Virus record (IMG/VR): IMGVR_UViG_3300035164_000153
Span: 1 to 26,645 of that record
DNA: 26,645 bases
Strand: one strand, 5' to 3'
Origin: a virus
Lineage: Duplodnaviria; Caudoviricetes
In this document: in pieces, positions 8,518-15,732 of the stretch
How the letters are laid out: every line of letters begins with the position of its first letter
Numbering within the stretch: the first letter of the stretch is position 1
The notes under the pieces: generated by a model
Database searches by the model: none
What the model was told of the DNA's origin: nothing
What the model saw: the letters and a program-made list of their open reading frames with translations, nothing else
Position numbers and translations under genes: made by a program

Positions 8518-8771
8518 TGGCTAGAAAATCTTTAACAGACGAACAACTAGAGGCTCTGTTAGAGAGGGCATCTCACAAAGGTGCACAAAGAGCATTGTCA
8601 GATATTGGCTTGCAAGACAACGAAGCTGTACACGACATCAAAGATTTAAGATTACTTATTGAAGGTTATCGTAGCCTAAAGAAGACTGTGGCAAACACAG
8701 TTCTAAAGTGGGTTATTGTGGCTTTCTTAGGCTTTGTGTCTTTTGCAGTTTGGACACAGATAAGGAATTAG
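8517..8771 (+). CDS. Small membrane protein with one C-terminal TM helix (possibly holin-like)
   Basis: Hydrophobic WVIVAFLGFVSFAVW; TAATG coupling. The lysis role is inference only. Confidence 0.6.
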   Translation: MARKSLTDEQLEALLERASHKGAQRALSDIGLQDNEAVHDIKDLRLLIEGYRSLKKTVANTVLKWVIVAFLGFVSFAVWTQIRN

Positions 8772-8773
8772 TT

Positions 8774-8935
8774 ATGGCGGCAAAGAAAAAAGGTAAAAAA
8801 GACGCTTGTTATCATAAAGTAAAAGCTCGCTACAGAGTTTTTCCAAGTGCTTATGCTTCAGGGGCTTTGGTTTCTTGCCGAAAAGTTGGAGCCGCAAACT
8901 GGGGAACCAAGTCTAAAAAGAAGGGTAGAGCATAA
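8774..8935 (+). CDS. Basic miniprotein 1 (53 aa; MAAKKKGKKDACYHKVKARYRVFPSAYASGALVSCRKVGAANWG...)
   Basis: ATG 8774 has TAAGGA upstream and is the in-frame internal start of track ORF 8708..8935. TAATG-coupled to the next gene. Confidence 0.8.
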   Translation: MAAKKKGKKDACYHKVKARYRVFPSAYASGALVSCRKVGAANWGTKSKKKGRA

Positions 8936-9144
8936 TGCCAAACAAAAGTAAAAGAACAACACTTAGTCGTTCGCAAAAAGAGTCTAACTATGCTCGAAAA
9001 ACTAATAAGAGCGATAAGTCAAGAGTCTTCAAACCATCAAAGAAAAATCCTTCTGGCTCACCACTTGGAAGATTTAGTATTTTAAATCAAGTTATTAGGG
9101 GTGTAGACAAATTAACAGGTCATAAAAGAAAGTATCCAAAATAA
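8935..9144 (+). CDS. Basic miniprotein 2 (69 aa)
   Basis: TAATG-coupled at both ends; Lys/Arg-rich. Confidence 0.75.
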   Translation: MPNKSKRTTLSRSQKESNYARKTNKSDKSRVFKPSKKNPSGSPLGRFSILNQVIRGVDKLTGHKRKYPK

Positions 9145-9272
9145 TGCCATTTAGTAAATATAGTCCAAAGCAAAAAAAATTAGCGAGAGTTGCACCACCA
9201 CGAAATAAAATCACTGGTGCAGACCTAAAAAAACTTCGTAAGAAGAAAACTACTAAAAAAAGGAGAAAGTAA
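9144..9272 (+). CDS. Basic miniprotein 3 (42 aa; MPFSKYSPKQKKLARVAPPRNKITGADLKKLRKKKTTKKRRK)
   Basis: Manual translation, below the track length cut-off. The start overlaps the previous stop (TAATG). Confidence 0.8.
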   Translation: MPFSKYSPKQKKLARVAPPRNKITGADLKKLRKKKTTKKRRK

Positions 9273-9404
9273 ATGCCTATAGTAATTGTCCCAAAAAGGA
9301 AATCTGATAGAAGCAGTGCCAAAAATAAAATGAAGAAAAAGGCAATGCCTAAGAAAAAGCCTATGATGAGGAAAAAGAAAACCATGAAGAAGAAGAGTTA
9401 CTAA
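9273..9404 (+). CDS. Basic miniprotein 4 (43 aa; MPIVIVPKRKSDRSSAKNKMKKKAMPKKKPMMRKKKTMKKKSY)
   Basis: Manual translation. AAGGAG RBS; ATG immediately follows the previous TAA. Confidence 0.8.
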   Translation: MPIVIVPKRKSDRSSAKNKMKKKAMPKKKPMMRKKKTMKKKSY

Positions 9405-9405
9405 A

Positions 9406-9558
9406 ATGCCAGGGGTAATGAAAAAGCCAGGCACGACGCAAAAGAAGTTTCCTTACACACAAGCTGGTATAATGGCGGCAAAGATGTACGCTAAGAAAAC
9501 TGGCGGCAAGCTAATCATGGAAGGCAAAGGTGGCTACGGCAAAAAGAAAAAGCGGTAG
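9406..9558 (+). CDS. Basic miniprotein 5 (50 aa; MPGVMKKPGTTQKKFPYTQAGIMAAKMYAKKTGGKLIMEGKGGYGKKKKR)
   Basis: Manual translation. ATG lies 1 nt after the previous stop and the ORF fills the gap. Confidence 0.78.
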   Translation: MPGVMKKPGTTQKKFPYTQAGIMAAKMYAKKTGGKLIMEGKGGYGKKKKR

Positions 9559-9754
9559 TGACGGCTTACGCAAATGGTTCTCTCGGAACAATGGCAAAGG
9601 TTGGATAGACTGCAAGACAGGAAAGCCCTGTGGTCGTAAGTCGGCAAAGGGTGGCTCAAAACGCCCGTACCCAGCTTGCAGACCGACGAAGGCTCAGTGC
9701 AACTCGGCGGCTAGAAAAAAGAAGGGACCAGCTAGAATTAGTTGGAAAAAATGA
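9530..9754 (+). CDS. Basic Cys-containing miniprotein 6 (74 aa)
   Basis: GTG start; GLRKWF...GWIDCKTGKPCGRK...RPYPACRP; ATGA overlap with the next gene. Confidence 0.75.
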   Translation: MATAKRKSGSDGLRKWFSRNNGKGWIDCKTGKPCGRKSAKGGSKRPYPACRPTKAQCNSAARKKKGPARISWKK

Positions 9755-10014
9755 ACAAAGTAGAACAAAAAAGAAAGGTACAAGATTTACTAAAATCTGA
9801 TGGTTGGGGTATAATCCAACAGAAGATGCAAGAAGAGATTTTATCTGCGGCTTATCAAATGGCAGAAAATAAAATGCTAACGATAGACGAGATAAATTTT
9901 AGACGAGGTGCAATGTTTGCGGCTCGTCGTTTGGTAGAGCTACCAAAGAACTTAGACATGTTGCTAGACAACGAAATACTTATGGAAAGTTCAGAGGTAG
10001 ACAAAAAACAATAG
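9751..10014 (+). CDS. Small helical protein of the type found between portal and scaffold genes
   Basis: ATGA coupling at 9751; LLKSDGWGIIQ...FRRGAMFAARRLVELP; position just before the scaffold gene. Confidence 0.65.
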   Translation: MNKVEQKRKVQDLLKSDGWGIIQQKMQEEILSAAYQMAENKMLTIDEINFRRGAMFAARRLVELPKNLDMLLDNEILMESSEVDKKQ

Positions 10015-10050
10015 GACGCTACGGCTTCCGCAACGTTCGCTACGGCTGAC
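10014..10050 (+). promoter_or_regulatory. Tandem C(UACG)G hairpins in the scaffold leader (putative RNA operator)
   Basis: GGA-C-GC-TACG-GC-T-TCC (10014-10029) and GTT-C-GC-TACG-GC-T-GAC (10035-10050), directly 5' of the AAGGAG RBS. Confidence 0.7.
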
Positions 10051-10063
10051 AAAGGAGTAAAAA

Positions 10064-11185
10064 ATGGCAGAACAATTAAATGAACAAGATAAGGCGATGA
10101 TTAACCAAATGGCTAGTCAACAGTTAGGAGATGCAAATGCTACGGCTCCAGCACCCCAAACGCCCCCACCTCAAGGTATGCCACCTCAAGGACAACCGCC
10201 TCAAGGTAAACCGCCAGAGCCAAAAGACGCACCCCCTACTGAAGTAGAGAAGGCTCAAGAAGCAGTTTCACCTACAACTGAAGCAGACAAATCTCTGGAC
10301 GAGAGTGTCTCGATGATAAAGGTAGATTTTGGAAACGGAGATGTTAGAGACTTATCTTCTAACCAAATCAAAGAAACCTTTAACAGATACAAAGACGCAA
10401 ACTATAAACTAATGCAGAACAAGCCAATGCAACCAGCACTGGATTATGTTCAAAGCATTATGGAAGGTGCAAGCAGAAATGGGCAGAATGTAACTGCGGA
10501 CGACGTAGTACAGTTTTTAAAATCTGCGGCACAAGCCGCTGTAAAAAACCCAACTATGGGAGCACAGAAAGACCCAACACCTGACAGACAAGGTACGCCA
10601 GTAACCAACATGGCTAATCTTGACAGTGAGTTCGAAAACCAAATCAAAAGATGGGAAGAAGAGAATGCAGTGTCTCTGCCACCTATGTTTAGAGAGGGTT
10701 TCAAAACAATACAAGCATTGCAACAAGACAATCAGAACATGAGAATGACTCTAAATCAATTCTTGGCTTCTGCTGGTCAGATAAATCAAGATGCGGCTAA
10801 AACTGCAATGCAATCAGAAACACAAGCTCAAGACGCTTATAGGCAGACTGCGGCAAACAATCTAAATCAGGCACAACAAAAATATCAGTTGCCAGATTCG
10901 GAGAGTGATGACTTCTTTACCTTTGCTTACGAGAGAGGTTTTACACAAGAAGATTTCATAGATGCTAGTCTGACAGATAAGGTCATGGGTGATTATGTTG
11001 CTGTAAAAGGCACACCAGAAATGGAAAGACTAAGGGATATGGCTAAACGACGAGTGGCATTTACAGGAAATATTAACGCTACTCCAGGTTCAGCGACTGC
11101 TGGCGGTCAACAAGCCCAAGACCCAAACATGGATTTTATAAACAAAGTAGCAGATGAGGCTATGAAAAAAAGAAATATGGCATAA
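10064..11185 (+). CDS. Putative capsid scaffolding protein
   Basis: Directly upstream of the capsid gene; acidic, Gln-rich, coiled-coil-like, with a Pro-rich N-terminus; strong RBS. Confidence 0.75.
   Translation: MAEQLNEQDKAMINQMASQQLGDANATAPAPQTPPPQGMPPQGQPPQGKPPEPKDAPPTEVEKAQEAVSPTTEADKSLDESVSMIKVDFGNGDVRDLSSNQIKETFNRYKDANYKLMQNKPMQPALDYVQSIMEGASRNGQNVTADDVVQFLKSAAQAAVKNPTMGAQKDPTPDRQGTPVTNMANLDSEFENQIKRWEEENAVSLPPMFREGFKTIQALQQDNQNMRMTLNQFLASAGQINQDAAKTAMQSETQAQDAYRQTAANNLNQAQQKYQLPDSESDDFFTFAYERGFTQEDFIDASLTDKVMGDYVAVKGTPEMERLRDMAKRRVAFTGNINATPGSATAGGQQAQDPNMDFINKVADEAMKKRNMA
10166..10216 (+). repeat. 15-bp coding tandem repeat (PPQGx, 3 copies)
   Basis: CCACCTCAAGGTATG / CCACCTCAAGGACAA / CCGCCTCAAGGTAAA. 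Confidence 0.8.
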
Positions 11186-11188
11186 TAG

Positions 11189-11219
11189 GGACGACTTAAC
11201 ATAAAAGTTGTTCTTTAAT
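11189..11219 (+). promoter_or_regulatory. GGACGAYT-type putative late promoter, copy 2 (capsid gene)
   Basis: GGACGACTTAA with TTTAAT 19 nt after GGACGA. Confidence 0.6.
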
Positions 11220-11227
11220 GAAGATAA

Positions 11228-11310
11228 CACGAGACGCTACGGCTTCAAAAATCGTGAACGGGTTTATCAAATGATTATGCTGAAAGCAGTTTGTTTGTGA
11301 GCACCCAGTT
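11228..11310 (+). promoter_or_regulatory. Structured 5' leader of the capsid gene, containing the third C(UACG)G hairpin
   Basis: CACGA/TCGTG stem (11228-11256) enclosing GA-C-GC-TACG-GC-T-TC, then a long imperfect hairpin 11257-11310 capped by TGC-TGAAA-GCA. Confidence 0.6.
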
Positions 11311-11345
11311 AGAAAAACGCAACTTTATCGCAAAAGGAGGTCAAT

Positions 11346-12524
11346 ATGACTGCGATTACAGGACTGCGTGGGACTGGGCAATTCGGTACAGAATTTCGTC
11401 CCACGAACTATAGAGAGCTATTCACTCTCTTAGAGCCTAACGGAACAGCACCTTTGCAAGCATTGCTTTCAATGGCTGGCTCCGAAAGCACAGACGACCC
11501 TAAGTACAATCACTTTAGGGACGAGCTTCCAAACAGAACTGTTACTGTTAATGGAGCGGTCGCATCAACATCAACAACATCAATTACGTTGGATAATGAT
11601 GACGACGAAGCATTTATTGTAGCTGGAACTATCTTACAAAACCAGACAACTGGTGAGATAATGAGAGCAACAGCAGATGCAAACTTATCTGCTAATACAA
11701 TAGCAGTTGAAAGAAACATTGGTGGCACATCTCACACCATTGCTGACAACGCTGTATTAATTATTGCTGGACATGCCGACCAGGAAGGTGGCACTAGTCC
11801 AACAGCTATCAGCTTCGACCCAACCACAGACTTTAACTTCACTCAGATTTTCAAAACTGCGGTGCAAGTCAGTGGAACTCTCCAGAACACATACTTGAGA
11901 ACTGGAGACAAAGAGCAAGAGCAACTTACAAAGGCACTCAAGTTACACATGGGTGACATTGAAAGAGCTATGTTCTTTGGTAAAAGGCACGAGGCAAACG
12001 GCTCAACAGCTAATCCGACAAGGTTTACTGGTGGTCTGTTAACACAGATTACTAACGTAACCGACGGAGCTTCTTTCGGTGCAAGTGCAAACACTATCAC
12101 TGAAAAAGAGTTCGACAGACTTTTGATTGAAACAATCTTTGCGTTTGGTTCATCAGAGAAGGTCGCATTCTGTGGTGCTAGGGTTATTTCTAACCTCATG
12201 GAGATTGGAAAGAACAGATGGCAACCAACACAAATCGACAACGCTTATGGAGTGTCACTCACAAGGTACACAACATATGCTGGCGACTTGTTGGTATACA
12301 TGCACCCAATGTTCAGGCAGACAGGTATGGACCAAGAGATGATTATCTTGGATATGGGCGAACTAAAGTTCAGATACCTACAGGGTAGAGATACTCAGCT
12401 TATCAGAGACATTCAGGCTCCTGATTTTGATGGTGTCAAGCACATGTATATGACAGAGTGCGGACTTGAGATGACTCAAGCAAAAGTACATCATAGAATC
12501 AAAGGCTGGCAAAAAGTCACATAA
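11346..12524 (+). CDS. Major capsid protein (resembles the SU10/DUF5309-type family)
   Basis: AAGGAGGT RBS, motifs NFTQIFKTAVQVSGT, LHMGDIERAMFFG, RFTGG and TECGLE, followed by a terminator. Confidence 0.9.
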   Translation: MTAITGLRGTGQFGTEFRPTNYRELFTLLEPNGTAPLQALLSMAGSESTDDPKYNHFRDELPNRTVTVNGAVASTSTTSITLDNDDDEAFIVAGTILQNQTTGEIMRATADANLSANTIAVERNIGGTSHTIADNAVLIIAGHADQEGGTSPTAISFDPTTDFNFTQIFKTAVQVSGTLQNTYLRTGDKEQEQLTKALKLHMGDIERAMFFGKRHEANGSTANPTRFTGGLLTQITNVTDGASFGASANTITEKEFDRLLIETIFAFGSSEKVAFCGARVISNLMEIGKNRWQPTQIDNAYGVSLTRYTTYAGDLLVYMHPMFRQTGMDQEMIILDMGELKFRYLQGRDTQLIRDIQAPDFDGVKHMYMTECGLEMTQAKVHHRIKGWQKVT

Positions 12525-12556
12525 GGACGATTAAAAACTCCCCTTGATGTTACAAT
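12525..12556 (+). promoter_or_regulatory. GGACGAYT-type putative late promoter, copy 3
   Basis: GGACGATTAA, then extended -10 TGtTACAAT with TACAAT 20 nt after GGACGA. Confidence 0.65.
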
Positions 12557-12585
12557 AAGGACGGGCACAACCCGTCCTTATTTTT
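12555..12585 (+). terminator. Intrinsic terminator after the capsid gene
   Basis: 11-bp stem ATAAGGACGGG-CACAA-CCCGTCCTTAT followed by a T-run. Confidence 0.85.
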
Positions 12586-12598
12586 ATTGGAGGTAACA

Positions 12599-12979
12599 AT
12601 GGCAGAAAGAGCAAGGAACGAAAAAGGTCAACTCATGGGAGATGACCCATCAACACCTAACGTAAACGAAGCTTGGGAAGGTGGCATAGCACCAAGCAAA
12701 GAAGCTAAAAAGAAAGCTTCATCAAACGCTAAAGAATCAAAGTCACAAAAGGCTGTAAAGAACTCAGCACCTAAAAATCCAGCTAGAGAAGCAAACACAA
12801 TCTATGTCTCAGCAGAACCTCAAGTAATCAACAGAGAAACTCATCTTAGAGGAGAGCTATACAGAACTTATTGGGACGCAGATAGAGAGTATAATATGTT
12901 CTCAATCAAGCCAGAACACGTCGAGGCTTTTGAAATGCACGAGTTTTTTGTGAAAGAGATATATCTCAAAGAGGAGTAA
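12599..12979 (+). CDS. Hypothetical virion-associated protein (N-terminal RARNEKGQ...DDPSTPNVNEAW motif)
   Basis: ATG 12599 has a GGAGGT RBS, so it is preferred over TTG 12587. Confidence 0.75.
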   Translation: MAERARNEKGQLMGDDPSTPNVNEAWEGGIAPSKEAKKKASSNAKESKSQKAVKNSAPKNPAREANTIYVSAEPQVINRETHLRGELYRTYWDADREYNMFSIKPEHVEAFEMHEFFVKEIYLKEE

Positions 12980-12982
12980 TAC

Positions 12983-13810
12983 ATGAGTTATCATAGCGGT
13001 AGCAGTAGTAGCGGAAGCAGTGGCAGTAGTGGGAGCGGTAGCTCTAGCTCAAGTTCAAGCTCAAGCAGTGGCGGTAGCGGAAACAATCCAGTATCGAACA
13101 CAAACGCAAATGCTAGTGCCAGTAACACTGGAGGCGGAACTACAGGAACTAACGCCGCTGGTGCAAACAGAAGTTACTCAGATATAACTGGTGCAAGACC
13201 TGTAAACACAGACCCAACTCACTACGACGAAGGTACGGGTAGGGCAGATATGCCAGGTGTTCGTGATTTGCGTGACGTTATTGACGCAAATACAGAAAGA
13301 GAAATAAGAGAAACTTGGCAGAAAGACTGGGACAAAGAAGAAGCTCGTAACAGATATTCTGTAAACAATCCTCATATATCCGAACCATACAGTGATTTAG
13401 AGGCTTTGATATTTCAAGCTCTTCGTCGTTACGGAGACATGCACCCAGGAACTGTAGATGGTGAAGTCATGCTAATGTTTGTAGAATTTGCAAACTTAGT
13501 GATAGAAGACTTACGAGGTCATGCGTATTGGGACAATCCAGAGATTGATTACTATACGCACCCCCAACAACAAAGAGCTATACCTGATTCTATAATGGTG
13601 TCAGGTTTGTTGTATCACTACTCTGTACAGCAACAATCAAACAAGATTGAGGCATACGGACCAATGTATTTTAAAATGATGAACAGAATCTTGTATCAGA
13701 GGAAGTATGGTTCTGGTCCAATAGAAATGTCACCTTGGGACAAATCTGTTACACCAACTGGCTCACAACCTTATGATGCAAGGAGAGATGGGAAAAGGAC
13801 TAGCTACTAA
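12983..13810 (+). CDS. Putative head-tail adaptor with a Ser/Gly low-complexity N-terminal extension
   Basis: GAGGAG RBS; helical C-terminal half; position between capsid and tail genes. Function is assigned from synteny. Confidence 0.55.
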   Translation: MSYHSGSSSSGSSGSSGSGSSSSSSSSSSGGSGNNPVSNTNANASASNTGGGTTGTNAAGANRSYSDITGARPVNTDPTHYDEGTGRADMPGVRDLRDVIDANTEREIRETWQKDWDKEEARNRYSVNNPHISEPYSDLEALIFQALRRYGDMHPGTVDGEVMLMFVEFANLVIEDLRGHAYWDNPEIDYYTHPQQQRAIPDSIMVSGLLYHYSVQQQSNKIEAYGPMYFKMMNRILYQRKYGSGPIEMSPWDKSVTPTGSQPYDARRDGKRTSY

Positions 13811-15732
13811 TGTCAACTACATACGCACCATCAGGCGTAAAGACCAAGATATACCCTTACGAGGACTTTCAAGGTATTGACGCATCAAGAGATAAGGGTG
13901 CTTTGGACACAGGGCAAAAGCAACATCTTATATCAATCGTAAATGGCTATGCAGATTTCCGTGGGTCTATTGTTAGAGACCCAGGTGCAACGCAACGAAC
14001 AACAGGTGACGCACTAATAAAACACGTCGCATTCTTTGGGCGTGACCTAGCCGTGTGGGCACAGAAAGATGGAGGCGGAACAACCTTAAAGTCAGAACGT
14101 GCTTTAGCTAATCCGCAAAGAGTTGTTCCATTAAAGTTTAACAGTGGCAACACTGGGTTAGAAGACGACACAAGCGGCACTTACAGACCCACTGGCACAC
14201 TCGTTTATTACACTATAGTTTACGAAACAGTAGCCAATTATCCAGACATGACATCATTTGCTTATGGTCTTGCAACAACTGGTACACCAGTTTACAGCAT
14301 TGAAGTTGCATTTGACAAAACGCACACCCCTGTAAACTTAACTCAAAGCGGAACACTGAAGGTCGCTGTTGACCTGATATTTAATAAAATCACAGTAAAG
14401 TCCCAAGGTTCTGCCGCCGCAGATTTTACAGCCTTCTATGATTGGGTTGCCGCACAGCAAAAGGCGGACGGAACTCAGCAAGATTACTACATATATGGTC
14501 GTAGAGTCGATGTGTCGCCACAGTCAGGTGCACATGCAACAGAAGAAGTTTACCCAGCATCAGCTATCGTGACGACTACAGTTTATAACAATAAAGTTAT
14601 ATTCGCATCACGAGACTTTCCAATGTATTCATATGATGGATTTAAGTTTGAGGTAATAGAAGCTAAGTCTGACCCCAGACCAGCCTACGTCGTGTCTGTT
14701 CAACGACGATTAGCGACTGCGGGACAGCCTGGACGACGAACAATCATTGATTTTAGTCGTGTAGATACCGAAGACGTATTCACACTAGACGAAGATGTGA
14801 GTGCTGTGCAAGTAACACAGGCTTCAGACATTGATGTGGCAAACGTAATTGGTACTGCTGATGAGATAAGAGGGCTTGGAGTGTTTGAAAACTCACGACT
14901 AGCCGTGTTTACATTCGACCAAGTGCTTGTGTATCAGCTACACCCTAACTACACACTATGGCAAATCGACGATAAAGCTAATATTAAGGTCGGACTGATA
15001 AGCCACAACACCATTGCACAAGCTGGTTCAGACCTTTTGTTCTGTTCAAGAGACGGCGTACATTCGCTAAGACGCTCAGAAACTAATGGTGTGACTATAT
15101 TTACCATTCCAATGTCTAATAAAATCGACTTGATATACAGAGATTATCTAAAATCTGTGCCTGACACAGAGGAAATCAACGCATTCTTTGACCAAGACGA
15201 AGGTCAGTATCATATATTCTTTCCTCAATCAGACCAGATATCCAAAAGGCTAACCCTAACACTGAACCCACAGGTAGGTGGAGAAAGTAAATGGTCATCT
15301 GGAGACTTTCTAAATACCAGATGTGCAAAAACACTAGGGGGAGTAACACTCTTAGGAACGCCAGGAGGCATCTGGGAGCATAACAAAATCGAAGATATAG
15401 TGCAGTACAGTCCAGAAATGGTCGTGACTACACCCATACTATGGCAAGGTGCTATCAACGACATCAAGGAAAGTTACAGCTTTATCTTGCAAGCAACTGG
15501 TAAAGGTGAGCTTCAAGTTGAAGCGTTTGATGAGCGTGGTAGGTATCTGTCTTCTATGCAATTTTTGATAGAAGATGACGGAGCGGACGACAAATTCCCT
15601 GATGTGCCGTTAAGTAGACAGTATGAAAGAAAATTTGAACATCGTTATCGTGGAGTACAGTTCCGCTTCACGACTAGCGGTAAAGGACTCTTGAAGATTA
15701 TAGGGTTCGCAGTAGCAGTGAGGACAGGATAA
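13810..15732 (+). CDS. Putative tail nozzle/stabilisation protein (T7 gp12 / P22 gp10-like role)
   Basis: 640 aa and beta-rich, with N-terminal DFQGID and internal VGLISHNTI...SDLLFCSRDGVHSL; synteny after the adaptor. Confidence 0.7.
   Translation: MSTTYAPSGVKTKIYPYEDFQGIDASRDKGALDTGQKQHLISIVNGYADFRGSIVRDPGATQRTTGDALIKHVAFFGRDLAVWAQKDGGGTTLKSERALANPQRVVPLKFNSGNTGLEDDTSGTYRPTGTLVYYTIVYETVANYPDMTSFAYGLATTGTPVYSIEVAFDKTHTPVNLTQSGTLKVAVDLIFNKITVKSQGSAAADFTAFYDWVAAQQKADGTQQDYYIYGRRVDVSPQSGAHATEEVYPASAIVTTTVYNNKVIFASRDFPMYSYDGFKFEVIEAKSDPRPAYVVSVQRRLATAGQPGRRTIIDFSRVDTEDVFTLDEDVSAVQVTQASDIDVANVIGTADEIRGLGVFENSRLAVFTFDQVLVYQLHPNYTLWQIDDKANIKVGLISHNTIAQAGSDLLFCSRDGVHSLRRSETNGVTIFTIPMSNKIDLIYRDYLKSVPDTEEINAFFDQDEGQYHIFFPQSDQISKRLTLTLNPQVGGESKWSSGDFLNTRCAKTLGGVTLLGTPGGIWEHNKIEDIVQYSPEMVVTTPILWQGAINDIKESYSFILQATGKGELQVEAFDERGRYLSSMQFLIEDDGADDKFPDVPLSRQYERKFEHRYRGVQFRFTTSGKGLLKIIGFAVAVRTG

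Noticed and set aside
9533-10147. Extra GCTACGGC cores at 9533-9540 and 10139-10146
   Set aside because: They lack the C-U mismatch and lower stem, so they were not counted as hairpin copies. Their proximity to the real copies may merit a recheck.
817-12598. Track start codons at 817, 2755, 8708, 9742 and 12587
   Set aside because: Downstream ATGs (841, 2782, 8774, 9751, 12599) have better RBSs or stop-start coupling.
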